Assembly: GCA_000934665.2 (NCBI GenBank)
Contig: JYFJ02001471.1
Span: 62,001 to 82,823, forward strand
Direction of reading: 5' to 3'
DNA length: 20,823 nt
Source of the DNA: Catajapyx aquilonaris
Lineage: Eukaryota
Shown: in pieces, positions 20,601 through 20,823 of the stretch
Layout: every line of letters begins with the position of its first letter
Numbering within the stretch: the stretch's first letter is position 1
Program-made: the position numbers and the translations under genes
The notes under the pieces: model-generated
What the model saw: only the letters and a program-made list of their open reading frames with translations
Told to the model about the DNA's origin: nothing
The model's database searches: none

Positions 20601-20823
20601 TAGACTCAAATGGCTATACACTTGTGTGTTCAAATGGTAATCTCGAGGTATGGCCAACCCGTATGCGTTGGTTGCATTCCACCATCCTCTGCTTCCGATT
20701 AGAGGTATCAATCCACGAACCAAGGCCTCCTCCAGGATGGCGTATTCAGCCAGTTCACCTGAAACGTGAAAATTATTGTTCTAAATTGGGCCTTTCCATT
20801 GTAAATATGTATCGTAAGCACCT
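17651..20823 (-). CDS. Paralog B of the 6359-10821 gene (5'-partial, runs off the window), with a non-GPI C-terminus
   Basis: Exons >20823-20822, 20758-20576, 20133-19961, 19893-19785, 19390-19243, 19175-19033, 18963-18766, 18705-18565, 18489-18344, 18281-18038, 17883-17651. All GT-AG with the same phases as paralog A. Internal length differences are only multiples of 3 (-15 nt, +3 nt) and I saw no stops. Last exon reads LRIKCRFPTQATFVVTHKGMECGISNWTTITQTWSTGTTGLTKTTPGTEPTTGDYIDIDVDIDIDMHLHVRAKFDRN*. Confidence 0.9.
20234..20518 (-). mobile_element. tRNA-derived SINE (~285 bp), full length, in an intron of paralog B
   Basis: On -: Pol III A box TGGCATAGTGG, B box GGTTCGAATCC, central GGTTTTCTGTGGTTTCCC...AGGCCACAGCCGCTTCCTTCC segment and a (TTA)n-type tail. 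The central segment resembles my recollection of insect SINEs such as Talua. Perfect 13-bp target-site duplication TCATTTATTAAAT at 20221-20233 and 20519-20531. Absent from paralog A. Confidence 0.92.

Noticed and set aside
1..20823. Prokaryotic systems (CRISPR array, operon, defence island)
   Set aside because: No regularly spaced direct repeats, and the genes are spliced eukaryotic genes.

Overview
Eukaryotic (arthropod, probably hexapod) genomic DNA with many 55-75 nt GT-AG introns, so the six-frame ORF track only catches exon fragments. From left to right: (1) the last coding exon of RING-box protein 2 (RNF7/Rbx2/Roc2) on + at 2850-3034. (2) A complete 15-exon, ~780-aa gene on - at 6359-10821. 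It encodes signal peptide, furin-like site, a domain resembling the non-catalytic N-terminal region of vertebrate PGLYRP2, a degenerate vWA-like domain, a Cys-rich region and a GPI-type tail. (3) A two-exon ZDHHC1/11-like palmitoyltransferase on - at 12260-13256. (4) An isolated, probably degenerate Fasciclin-2 fragment on - (end of Ig5, two FN3 domains and a 15-nt micro-exon). (5) A second copy of gene 2 on - from 17651 past the window end, in which a Thr-rich linker and an alternating Asp/hydrophobic tail replace the GPI signal. Mobile DNA includes a Tc1/mariner-type MITE and a tRNA-derived SINE inserted at nearly the same spot of the same intron in the two paralogs, plus a probable degenerate DNA element. 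The most interesting candidate system is the anchored/secreted pair of PGLYRP2-N-domain + vWA proteins. All family assignments come from manual translation and recalled sequences, not database searches.
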